Shown here: positions 30,157 through 41,303 of the stretch, in pieces
Layout of the letters: every line of letters starts with the position of its first letter
Numbering within the stretch: the first letter of the stretch is position 1
NCBI GenBank assembly: GCA_965204375.1
Contig: OZ241986.1
Location: forward strand, 800,001 to 864,000
Length of the DNA stretch: 64,000 nt
From: Candidatus Latescibacterota bacterium
GTDB lineage: Bacteria; Latescibacterota; UBA2968
Direction: 5' to 3'
Translations under genes and position numbers: made by a program
The notes under the pieces: model-generated
Database searches by the model: none
The model's input: the letters and a program-made list of their open reading frames with translations, nothing else
Told to the model about the DNA's origin: nothing

Positions 30157-31566
30157 TTAAAGCGTCATCGCATTCCACGGTTGTGTCGGATAATCCACCC
30201 ACTGTTTTGATCCGCGCTCAAACGCCCACCGATACTCAGCGATTGCGCCTGCTTGTAGTTCTGCAATTCGCGGTGAATGTGCCGGGTCATTTGCCAAATT
30301 CACAAACTCATACGGGTCTTCAGCAATGTGATAAAGCTCTGGTCCATAAGGTCCATGAATATATTTCCACTCCTGCGTGCGAATGCTCAGGCTCAAATCT
30401 CGCGGATACTGTAACTCCGTAATCGCCACCTTCCGTTCACGTTCACGACCTTCAACCAGCGCCTTCAAACTCATGCCGGGTAAATGCACGGGAATATCCA
30501 TTCCCGCAAAATCGAATGCTGTAGGTAGTACGTCCAATAGATTCACAAGTGAATCGCTCACAAAACCCGTTTGAAATCTCTTTGGCGGTTTCACAATGAA
30601 TGGGATGCGAATGGCCTGTTCGTAGAGATTGTATTTCGAAAATGCGGTCACGCCTCGCGATCCCAACAGTTCACCGTGGTCAGAAAGAAAAATGATCAGC
30701 GTGTCATCGTACAATCCATTGCGATCCAGGGCGTTTATCACTTGCTGATGGCATCGGTCGCAGGCCGTGACAAAAGCCATGTAATTTGCAATCGCATCTC
30801 GTAGTTCTTCTCGCTCTAATCCGACAAAATTGGGATAGGCATTCCGATCGGGTAAATTATCCGGCGGTTCAGGTGGTAATACAACGTCAGCAGGGTCGTA
30901 TAAATCTGCCAAATTAGCTGGTGTTACATGAGGTGCATGAGGCCCTGACAAACTGCAAATCATGAAAAACGGATTGTCCTTGTTTTCTTCCACAAAGGCA
31001 GCAGCCCGTTCTCCAACCCACCAGTCGCGCGTTTGCTCTAACCTCAAGCTGGTCGTAAATCCCTTAAATGCCGCCGCACAATTGTCTCCGCCCTGACCAA
31101 TCCCACGCGTTTCCCGCTCGCCCATCCCCATCTCTACCCAATCCCGATGTTCCGCCACAAAATGGCTGTCCATACGCTCGCCCGTCTCGTGAAACGGTCC
31201 TGCCCGATGATCAAATCCGTAATAGTTGTCGCGTTTAATAGCCGCCTGATACGGTATTGTATGCATCTTGCCAAAGGCACCCGTTACAAAACCCGCCTGC
31301 CCAAACGCCTTTCCCATTGTCCACTCGGGGATTTGTGCAGGATCCAGTAAATGCCGATTGGAATAAATCCCTGACTGAAATGCATATCGCCCGTGCAACA
31401 TCGAATGGCGACTCGGCAAACACGGGGATACGGCACACGTTGCCTGCGTAAACCGAATGCCCTCCTGAGCCAAACGATCATACGCTGGCGTCTGCAACTC
31501 CGGATAACCCGCACATCCGAGAAAGGCATGCGCGTGTTGATCGTTCATTAAAACCACAACATTCAT
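30157..31566 (-). CDS. Cys-type sulfatase (choline-sulfatase-like)
   Basis: Start MNVVVLMNDQH after AGGAGG; CLPSR; GKMH; SDHGE. Confidence 0.92.
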   Translation of the reverse strand: MNVVVLMNDQHAHAFLGCAGYPELQTPAYDRLAQEGIRFTQATCAVSPCLPSRHSMLHGRYAFQSGIYSNRHLLDPAQIPEWTMGKAFGQAGFVTGAFGKMHTIPYQAAIKRDNYYGFDHRAGPFHETGERMDSHFVAEHRDWVEMGMGERETRGIGQGGDNCAAAFKGFTTSLRLEQTRDWWVGERAAAFVEENKDNPFFMICSLSGPHAPHVTPANLADLYDPADVVLPPEPPDNLPDRNAYPNFVGLEREELRDAIANYMAFVTACDRCHQQVINALDRNGLYDDTLIIFLSDHGELLGSRGVTAFSKYNLYEQAIRIPFIVKPPKRFQTGFVSDSLVNLLDVLPTAFDFAGMDIPVHLPGMSLKALVEGRERERKVAITELQYPRDLSLSIRTQEWKYIHGPYGPELYHIAEDPYEFVNLANDPAHSPRIAELQAGAIAEYRWAFERGSKQWVDYPTQPWNAMTL

Positions 31567-31591
31567 AACCATCCTCCTGAAAGTCGAGCGA

Positions 31592-33061
31592 TCAGTAAAT
31601 ATATCGTACCCGCCTGAACTCACCGAGCATCGGGTCCTTTACGCGTTCCATGTGATCTTGCATATATTGCATCAGCGATTCCTGCAACGCCTTGTGTGTC
31701 TCGAGACCGAAGAGGTTGTGCAGTTCGTGCGGATCGTTTTTGAGATCATAGAGTTCTCCGATATCCGATTGATTAAACACAAACTTGTGTGTCCTGGTGC
31801 GCACCATACGAGACTTGTGCTCCTGAATCTGACCGTTGAACTGACAATACACGCTGTCACGTCCCGTCGGTTCATCCTCTCCCATCAACAGCGAAAGAAT
31901 GCTCTGCGTGTCGGGTACAATATCGGGTTGCAGACCTGCGACTTCCAAAAAACTCGGAAACAGATCCTGTAGATAGACAAATTCGTCGTTCTCCCGGCCC
32001 GGCTGTCGGCATTCGGGATGCGCTGCGATCAGAGGCAGGCGAAAACTCTCCTCATCAAAAAAAGGCCCTTTTTCAAACAACTTGTGTGCTCCCATATTGT
32101 CTCCGTGATCGGTGGAAAATACAACAAGCGTGTTTTCCGCCAGGCCGAGCGTTTCCAACTCGGAAAGCATACGCCCCACCAGATCATCGATCATCGTCAT
32201 ATACCCCCAGTAGCGCGCCGTGATCTCCGCCCATTCGTCCCAGTTGTTGGGGTCAATCCCCCAATAACGAGACACCAGAGTCTGAACATAGGGACGATTC
32301 TCCAGTGTATCACAGAAACTCGGGTCCTCCGGAATTGACTTCGGGTCATACATCGAGTAATACGGTTCCGGCACGATACACGGACTGTGTGGGCCCCAGA
32401 AATTGGTCCAAATAAAAAAGGGATCTTCTTCCTGTGCATACGCCTGCATAAGCTCAGCCGTTTCCGAGGCAACCATGGCTTCGAAATTGTGCTCAATAGT
32501 TCCAGCATGGAGGCCGTGCAATTCCCGATTTCGCTGCCCTGGATTTCCCTGAGCATAGAACGCTTCTATAAGCTCTGGAGGTTCCAGATTCTTCTCGTCC
32601 AAATAGTCCAGGTAGTTCCTCGCAATCTGGGAATCCTGCCGCGCACCGCTCTTGATGCCTGGCATATTGATATTGGATGCGGGATAGCCATATCCTGGGA
32701 AGTCTCGTTTACAGCGAAATCCCCAATCACTCGGATTCTTTTGGTGATCCACGTGCCACTTTCCCGCATATCCCAGGTTGTATCCTGCTCGAGGTAGCTC
32801 TGTCGCGAAATTTGGAAGCGACTGATCCAACTGACCACCGTTGGTTTCAACCCCGGTAATGTGACCGTACCGACCTGTAAATAGCGCGGCTCGGCCAGGC
32901 GCACATGGGATGATAAGCGGAAAAGCATTGTTGAAACGCACGCCCCGGCTTGCCAGGTTGTCAATATGTGGTGTTCTGCACTGGGGGGCACCATAACAAC
33001 CCAGCAGATCCCAGCGCTGTTGATCTGTAAGAATGAGTAGAATATTCAGTTTCTCTTGCAT
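31592..33061 (-). CDS. Cys-type sulfatase
   Basis: Start MQEKLNILLILTDQQR; CAPGR; GKWH; TDHGD. Confidence 0.92.
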   Translation of the reverse strand: MQEKLNILLILTDQQRWDLLGCYGAPQCRTPHIDNLASRGVRFNNAFPLIIPCAPGRAALFTGRYGHITGVETNGGQLDQSLPNFATELPRAGYNLGYAGKWHVDHQKNPSDWGFRCKRDFPGYGYPASNINMPGIKSGARQDSQIARNYLDYLDEKNLEPPELIEAFYAQGNPGQRNRELHGLHAGTIEHNFEAMVASETAELMQAYAQEEDPFFIWTNFWGPHSPCIVPEPYYSMYDPKSIPEDPSFCDTLENRPYVQTLVSRYWGIDPNNWDEWAEITARYWGYMTMIDDLVGRMLSELETLGLAENTLVVFSTDHGDNMGAHKLFEKGPFFDEESFRLPLIAAHPECRQPGRENDEFVYLQDLFPSFLEVAGLQPDIVPDTQSILSLLMGEDEPTGRDSVYCQFNGQIQEHKSRMVRTRTHKFVFNQSDIGELYDLKNDPHELHNLFGLETHKALQESLMQYMQDHMERVKDPMLGEFRRVRYIY

Positions 33062-33083
33062 ACTTGTGTCCTCACAATTTTCT

Positions 33084-33947
33084 CTAACTCGCCATCGCCA
33101 GTACCTGATCTTCATCAATCAGGAATTCTTTCGGTAAATCGAGAGGATGACCATTTTCACACACGGGCAAATAATCCAGATATTTGTTTCCAGGACGGAT
33201 CGCCCGCATCCAGGGCACATCGCGTTTGGCAATAAACGTCCCTGCCAGACCGATGCGTTGTTTGTCTGAACTATTTGGTCCGCTATAGTGCAATGCATTT
33301 TGGTGCCACACCAGAATGTCTCCGGGTTCCATCTCACAGGCCACCGCATCCTGTTCCGGATTATAGCCGTGATCGCGCGGATCCACTTCCGTGAGCTTAT
33401 TGCCCTGCCGCTGGTGTGCTATGCGTCCCAGCTTCTGTGAAAAAGGAATCAACTGTAAGCATCCATTCTCTTTTGTCGCCCGATCAATTGCAATCCAGAA
33501 ATCAAACATCATAGGCTCGTTGGGATCATAGGGGGCAGGTGGCATGTTCCAGGCGGCAGAATCCTGATGCCAGGGAGTAACAGAACCGTGCCTGGGTGGT
33601 TTTAGAAAGAAACCACCGGCGTTTACACAAAAGTCATCCCGTAAGACAGATCGCACCAGCCCGACGGTTCGCGGATTTGAAATCATCTTTTTCCAGAGTG
33701 TCTCATTGTGATACGCCGAACTATTCAAGCGATAAAATCGGTGCAATGGATTCCCGGCATTCGGCCGGTCCTCCTTCACATGCCCAACTCCTAATTGCTC
33801 GTATATGTCGGCGTGTTCGGCAATAAATCGAACGCGTTCTTTGATTATGGGGATATCGTCCTGGTCCAACAATCCCTGAAAGATGAAATATCCCTTGTCC
33901 AGCAATTCCCGTTTCCAATTCTTATCGCGTATCTCGTCTCTTTCCAC
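33084..33947 (-). CDS. PhyH-family Fe(II)/2OG dioxygenase
   Basis: TPWHQD, WIAIDRAT.ENGCL, LHYSGPNSSD..R. Confidence 0.92.
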   Translation of the reverse strand: MERDEIRDKNWKRELLDKGYFIFQGLLDQDDIPIIKERVRFIAEHADIYEQLGVGHVKEDRPNAGNPLHRFYRLNSSAYHNETLWKKMISNPRTVGLVRSVLRDDFCVNAGGFFLKPPRHGSVTPWHQDSAAWNMPPAPYDPNEPMMFDFWIAIDRATKENGCLQLIPFSQKLGRIAHQRQGNKLTEVDPRDHGYNPEQDAVACEMEPGDILVWHQNALHYSGPNSSDKQRIGLAGTFIAKRDVPWMRAIRPGNKYLDYLPVCENGHPLDLPKEFLIDEDQVLAMAS

Positions 33948-33963
33948 AATAGATGTCCTTTGT

Positions 33964-34043
33964 TAATGGCCTAATCCGCCCGCCCATCCTGGTTTTCATC
34001 GGCTGCTCCTTCGTGTTAGAAGAGGGAAATACACCTGACAATA
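33964..34043 (-). repeat. promoter-leader module type 2, downstream (leader) half of the split copy
   Basis: 70/80 identical to 37719-37798; carries SD + ATG AAA ACC. Confidence 0.95.
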
Positions 34044-34069
34044 GGGACAGCATCACTGATGTAGCAAGT

Positions 34070-35107
34070 TCACTGCTTTTCTATGTTCTCCATAGCCTGA
34101 CGGCGGCGATGACGGGCAAGCTCGCGTAGATCGACAACCTCATCTGTCTCATCCACAATTTCACGTCCAATTATCTCTTCAAGCACGTCTTCCAGGGTCA
34201 CCACACCAGCCAATCCACCGTATTCATCGATCACGACAAACAGATGTTGTCTGCGCTCAAGAAACATGCGCAATACCCGATCCAATGTCAGCGTTTCCAC
34301 CACAAAGTGCGCGCCTCGCGAGAGACTTTGAATGGGAATATCTTCGCGACCCTCGGCAGCCGACGACAAAATATCCCGACGGTACACGATCCCAACAACA
34401 TCTTCGGCATCTTCATCTACTATGGGAATGCGACTATACGATGGAACACCAATTTGCAACACCTCATTTACTTTTTGCTGGGCTTGAAGCGAATAAATGA
34501 CCGTGCGCGGTGTCATTATTTCCTGAACTGTTTTCTCTTTTAACAATAGAATATTCTGAATGGCACTGCCTTCTTCTGCATTAATGGTTCCCGCATGTCG
34601 CCCCATATTTACCAATGCTATGAGTTCCTCTGAAGATACGACATGTTCAACTTTACCATGAGATATTAGCCGCGTCACAAATTGGCACAGCCAGATAATC
34701 GGTGCTTGTATCCAGATCAAGATCTGGATGGGATAGGCAATCAAGGACACAAGGTGTCGGGCATAAACCACACCAATTGTCTTTGGAATAATCTCAGAAA
34801 ATAAAAGTATCACCAGGGTAAATACCACTGAAAAATGCGGCAACCACGGCTCACCGAGAACTTCTGCCGCTGCCGCTCCAGCAAGGGCGGCTCCACCCGT
34901 ATGCGCAATTGTATTAAGAGATAGAATACCCGCAATAGGCACATCCACATTTTCTCTAAACTTTTTCAATAACCGGCCAGAAACACTGCCAGTTTTTGCC
35001 AGCGATTCGATATGACCAATAGGAACTGAATACAATGCCGCTTCAAAAAGTGAACACATAAAAGAAAAGAAAACGGCAAAACTCGCAAAAAAAATCAATT
35101 CAAACAT
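34070..35107 (-). CDS. CNNM/DUF21 + CBS-pair membrane protein (CorC/HlyC family)
   Basis: FSFMCSLFEAALYS, SEIIPKTIG, IMTPRT, YSRIPI, VIDEYGGLAGVVTLEDVLEEIIGREIVDETD. Confidence 0.95.
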   Translation of the reverse strand: MFELIFFASFAVFFSFMCSLFEAALYSVPIGHIESLAKTGSVSGRLLKKFRENVDVPIAGILSLNTIAHTGGAALAGAAAAEVLGEPWLPHFSVVFTLVILLFSEIIPKTIGVVYARHLVSLIAYPIQILIWIQAPIIWLCQFVTRLISHGKVEHVVSSEELIALVNMGRHAGTINAEEGSAIQNILLLKEKTVQEIMTPRTVIYSLQAQQKVNEVLQIGVPSYSRIPIVDEDAEDVVGIVYRRDILSSAAEGREDIPIQSLSRGAHFVVETLTLDRVLRMFLERRQHLFVVIDEYGGLAGVVTLEDVLEEIIGREIVDETDEVVDLRELARHRRRQAMENIEKQ

Positions 35108-35150
35108 TCTGTTACTCCTCTCTGTCTAATTCGATTTGGCTGCTCTCGTA

Positions 35151-35213
35151 ACAATATAGTTTCCGATACCGGTCATTTCCAGCGTATTTTCTTTATGCCC
35201 AAGAACATCTGAA
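35151..35213 (-). repeat. promoter-leader module type 2, upstream (promoter) half of the split copy
   Basis: 56/63 identical to 37793-37855; contains minus-strand -10 TATATT at 35153-35158. Confidence 0.95.
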
Positions 35214-35272
35214 GCATTACAATTCGCGAAGAACATTCCTTTTTGTTACCGGAGAGTACGTCTCCAGCGCGC

Positions 35273-37687
35273 CTATTCATACCGCAAAGCCACCACTGGA
35301 TTTTCTCGTCCGGCTCGAATGGCCTGATAACCGACCGTCACAATCGCGATCAGTAGGACCACTGCTCCGCTGAGTAAAAAGATCCACAGCGACAGATCTG
35401 TTCGATAGGCAAAATGCTCCAGCCAGGACGACATCGCAAAATAAGCCACCGGCCAGGCTATCGCATTGGCCAGCACCACCCACTGCAGAAATGCCTTCGA
35501 AAGCATCAAACTGATATCCCAAACCGAAGCGCCCAGCACCTTCCGAATACCGATCTCCTTCGTTCTCCGTTCCGCCATAAACGAGGATAGCCCCAAAAGC
35601 CCCAGACAAGCGACGAAAATAGCGAGAACAGAAGCCGTTCCCACAGTGCGGCCCAATCGTAACTCTTCTCCGTACATCCGCATCAACCATTCATCTAAAA
35701 AATAATATTGGAATGGGCGCGTGGGCACAAAACGCTTCCATGTCTGCTCAAAAAAATCAAGCGTAGCTCCAATATTTTCAGACCGGACTTTCAAGGAAAG
35801 ATATAAAAAACTCGATGGCTGGACACAGAGCACAATCGGCTCAATTGTTTCGTACAGAGAATCGTAGTGAAAATCTGCAACCACTCCGATCACCGTGCCC
35901 ATTCTTCTCGAAGGCATCATCTCCAGCTTTTTCCCGATCGGATCCATCCATCCCAGCTGCCGGACCGCCGTTTCATTCAATATAAACTCCGGCTGTGGAT
36001 TGCTTTCCAATCCGCTTAAAAAATTTCGCCCTGCTACAAGCGTGATCCCGCAGGTTGAAATAAAATCCGCATCCACCTCCTGAAACCGCATTTTCCAATC
36101 TTCCGATAAACCTTCCGCCCGCCCGCGCTGCCGCTGCCCTCCACCCATCGGACCTCGCCCTCCGGACGCGGTTGCCTGGAGCACCTGGGGATAGCTGAGA
36201 AAAGTTTCCTTCACCTGTTCGTATTGCAAAGTCAAACGCCGATCCGCCGGTTTTTGCAGCGTGCGGTCTGCCCGAAAAATCGGCAGCATCACAATACCCT
36301 CGCGTTCGAATCCCAGCACTTTGCCGCTCACAAAATCCAGCTGTCGGTAAACCACTATCGTCGCAATCATCAGCAAAATAGAAAGTGAAAATTGAAACAC
36401 CACCAGCCCCTGTCTGAACATCTGACCCTTCGTAGAAACCTGTGCCCTGTCCTTTAGTACCGAGACAGGTTGAAAGGCAGAAAGAAAAAAGGCCGGATAA
36501 AGGCCGGACAGCACACCCACCACCAGTGCTATCCCCAAAAGACTCAAAATCAGAGGGAGATCTAACATCTGCAGAAAAATTAGTTGCTTGCTGGACAGTG
36601 ACCTGAAAGCTGGCAAAAGGATCTCCGTCAATCCCACCGAAAGAACCAGCGATAGAATCGCCAGCATTACCGATTCGCCCAGAAACTGTCGGATCAACTG
36701 GTACCTGTCTGCACCCACTGCCTTGCGGATGCCCACCTCAAGAGACCGGTTTGTAGATCGGGCCGTTGCCAGATTCACAAAGTTGATACAGGCAATTGTT
36801 AAAATGAGAAGCCCCGTCAGAGAAACCAAGTATAGCGCTCCGATATTGTCTCCGCGCCAGGGTTCCAGGCGCGGAAAGTCTGTATTGGAATAAAGGTGGA
36901 TACGTCGCAAAGGTTGAAGGTGATATACATTCTGCTTACGCCAGTCCTCGCTTCTATAGCGCCTGACCCAATCCGATAGCTTCTGCTCCAATTCTTCGGG
37001 AGCGACGCCCTGGTTCAGTTCAATATAGGTTTCAAAGAACGCACGTTCCTTCCATTGATCTAAAACATGCTGAATCTGATGGGAAGCTGTTGAAATCAAA
37101 AAATCAAATCTTAAAGACGACTGTCTGGGCAGCCGGACCACCCCGGTAACTCGATAGTCGCCAGTCAGCGATTCCCGGTCTATCGAGATCACTTTGCCCA
37201 ACGGATTGTCGTCTCCAAAATACCTCCGGGCCATCTTTTCGGTCATCACAATAGAGAAGGGAGCTTTCAGAGCTTGATGCCGGTCTCCCCAGACCAGGGG
37301 GAATGGAATCGCGTTTAAAAAATCTTCATCAACAAAGTTGACACTTTCTTTGAACCACTCTCCCTTCCGCTGAATCCAGACGGCCCAGGACCAGGTGTGT
37401 GCAGCCTGCTTCACCTCGGGAAAGTCTCGCCGAAGTGCCCCTGCCAGCGGGCCTGCTGTGACGGGATGGTAAGAAACGGCCCCGTCGTCTGATCGAACCG
37501 CTCGGATTACGCGGTAGATCCGCTCGGTACGTTCGTGAAACCGATCGTAACCCATCTCATGCCGTGCAAATAGCACCGTCAATGTCGCACAGGTCAAACC
37601 GATGGCCAGTCCCAGAATCGTGATCAAAGCATGAAGCCTGTGATTCACTACATTCCGGAAAGCAATGGTAAGGTAGTTCTTAAACAT
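35273..37687 (-). CDS. MacB/FtsX-type ABC transporter permease (duplicated-domain type)
   Basis: MFKNYLTIAFRN, ACINFVNLATARS..R..EVGIRKAVGA, ERRTKEIGIRKVLGAS, NPVVALRYE. Confidence 0.95.
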   Translation of the reverse strand: MFKNYLTIAFRNVVNHRLHALITILGLAIGLTCATLTVLFARHEMGYDRFHERTERIYRVIRAVRSDDGAVSYHPVTAGPLAGALRRDFPEVKQAAHTWSWAVWIQRKGEWFKESVNFVDEDFLNAIPFPLVWGDRHQALKAPFSIVMTEKMARRYFGDDNPLGKVISIDRESLTGDYRVTGVVRLPRQSSLRFDFLISTASHQIQHVLDQWKERAFFETYIELNQGVAPEELEQKLSDWVRRYRSEDWRKQNVYHLQPLRRIHLYSNTDFPRLEPWRGDNIGALYLVSLTGLLILTIACINFVNLATARSTNRSLEVGIRKAVGADRYQLIRQFLGESVMLAILSLVLSVGLTEILLPAFRSLSSKQLIFLQMLDLPLILSLLGIALVVGVLSGLYPAFFLSAFQPVSVLKDRAQVSTKGQMFRQGLVVFQFSLSILLMIATIVVYRQLDFVSGKVLGFEREGIVMLPIFRADRTLQKPADRRLTLQYEQVKETFLSYPQVLQATASGGRGPMGGGQRQRGRAEGLSEDWKMRFQEVDADFISTCGITLVAGRNFLSGLESNPQPEFILNETAVRQLGWMDPIGKKLEMMPSRRMGTVIGVVADFHYDSLYETIEPIVLCVQPSSFLYLSLKVRSENIGATLDFFEQTWKRFVPTRPFQYYFLDEWLMRMYGEELRLGRTVGTASVLAIFVACLGLLGLSSFMAERRTKEIGIRKVLGASVWDISLMLSKAFLQWVVLANAIAWPVAYFAMSSWLEHFAYRTDLSLWIFLLSGAVVLLIAIVTVGYQAIRAGRENPVVALRYE

Positions 37688-37718
37688 GACTCGCTCATCA
37701 TTCTGTTATACGACCATC

Positions 37719-37855
37719 TAATGGCCTAATCAGCCCGTCCATCCCGGTTTTCATAGGCTGTTCCTCCGTGTTAGGGGAGGGAAATACACTTGCCAATATA
37801 GCTTCCGATACCGGTCATTTCCAGCGTATTTTTTCTATGCTCGAGAACATCAGAA
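37719..37855 (-). repeat. promoter-leader module type 2, intact copy
   Basis: Contiguous version of 33964-34043 + 35151-35213; -10 TATATT (37795-37800), SD GGAGGA, mini-ORF 37754-37698. Confidence 0.95.
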
Positions 37856-37897
37856 AGGAGGGGAGTCGGTCACATGTGCCAACCGACGCGAAGTTAA

Positions 37898-40156
<2,259 letters not shown>

Positions 40157-40199
40157 TCTCAGCGTGTGCTCGTAACGAAGGTCAGGAAACACCATGAGA

Positions 40200-40226
40200 A
40201 AGGGGGCGCGATTATCGCGCCCCCTT
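40200..40226. terminator. bidirectional intrinsic terminator between convergent genes
   Basis: Perfect inverted repeat AAGGGGGCGCGAT-T-ATCGCGCCCCCTT. Confidence 0.85.
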
Positions 40227-40254
40227 GTGATTAATGGTTAGTTCCCCCAGCACC

Positions 40255-41049
40255 TCAGACGTCGTCTTCCTGGTCTGCCAACCAGGAGGATTTGATGATC
40301 CGCCACTCCTCGTCGGTCATCGTGCGTCGCCAATACGGGGAGATTGAGGACTTTTTCTTGTCGATCCCGCGTTCGGACAACAGGTGCTTGCGCACAACTC
40401 GGACTTCGCCTGCTTCCCCGTGGACGAACACATCTACCGGTCCTGGAGCGAAGTCCAGGCCAGCAATCGCGTCGGGTAGCAGTGCCGCAGGATTCTCGGC
40501 ACTCCGCCGATGCAACCAGGTGATGCTGACATCGCCAGGCGTGGTGAGCGCTATTTCGTCATCGGGACCGTCAACCACCACCAATACCACCGCGCGAGCA
40601 CCCGGTGCGAGTGCCTCCAGTGATGCGCCAATAGCTGGTAATGCGCTCTCGTCGCCCGCCATGAGGTGCCACGCCGCATCGGGATCAGGAGCGTACGCGC
40701 CGCCCGGACCCTTGAATTGGAGGCAGTCTCCAGGCTGGGCTTGTTGCGCCCAGGGGCCAGCGTAGCCGTGGTCGCCATGGGTAACGAAGTCGATGGTGAG
40801 TTCCCGCTGGTCGTCGTCCCATCGGCGCACTGTGTACCGGCGGGGTCGGGGTTGGTATTCGGCGTCAATTGCTTCCAGGGCATCCGGATCGAACGGTGCT
40901 GTGTAGGGCGCTCCGAGAGGGATGAACTGAGCGTTGATGTACTGATCCGTATAGGGGGAGGGGGCGAACTCGTCCAGGTCGCCACCGCCCAACACGACAC
41001 GCATCATCGACGGGGTCAGGCGCTCGGTGCTTCGTACTTCTCCATACAT
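40255..41049 (-). CDS. siderophore-interacting protein (ViuB/YqjH-like FAD reductase)
   Basis: TPSMMRVVLGG, RRYTVRRWD, IDFVTHG, AGDESALPAI, HGEAG, SPYWR. Confidence 0.93.
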   Translation of the reverse strand: MYGEVRSTERLTPSMMRVVLGGGDLDEFAPSPYTDQYINAQFIPLGAPYTAPFDPDALEAIDAEYQPRPRRYTVRRWDDDQRELTIDFVTHGDHGYAGPWAQQAQPGDCLQFKGPGGAYAPDPDAAWHLMAGDESALPAIGASLEALAPGARAVVLVVVDGPDDEIALTTPGDVSITWLHRRSAENPAALLPDAIAGLDFAPGPVDVFVHGEAGEVRVVRKHLLSERGIDKKKSSISPYWRRTMTDEEWRIIKSSWLADQEDDV

Positions 41050-41114
41050 GGGGTTGCCTCTTTCTTTATTGTCTCGTGGTTTGGTAGTAGCCTTTTTGTT
41101 TGGTGGGCTATAAA

Positions 41115-41173
41115 AGTGTTTTGCATATAAAACACTCGCACAGCAAATAAATCAAATGTTGAATACATGTCAA
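41115..41173 (-). promoter_or_regulatory. promoter and palindromic operator for the siderophore-interacting gene
   Basis: Minus-strand TTGACA at 41173-41168 with an AT-rich -10 region; AGTGTTTT-N6-AAAACACT at 41115-41136. Confidence 0.55.
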
Positions 41174-41303
41174 TATTTTTTTTTAATAATTAGCTGTCAG
41201 GGGATGGATCATTCGATACCTCAGCCCTTTTTTTGCACTTTGCATTTTGTACATAACCGTCTATTTTGCAGTACGATCCATCAGGAAGACATTTCGGTGG
41301 ATA

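Noticed and set aside
34030-35165. Classical integron cassette or IS explanation for the CNNM insert
   Set aside because: No GTTRRRY/RYYYAAC attC palindrome at the junctions, no terminal inverted repeats, and no transposase or integrase in the window.
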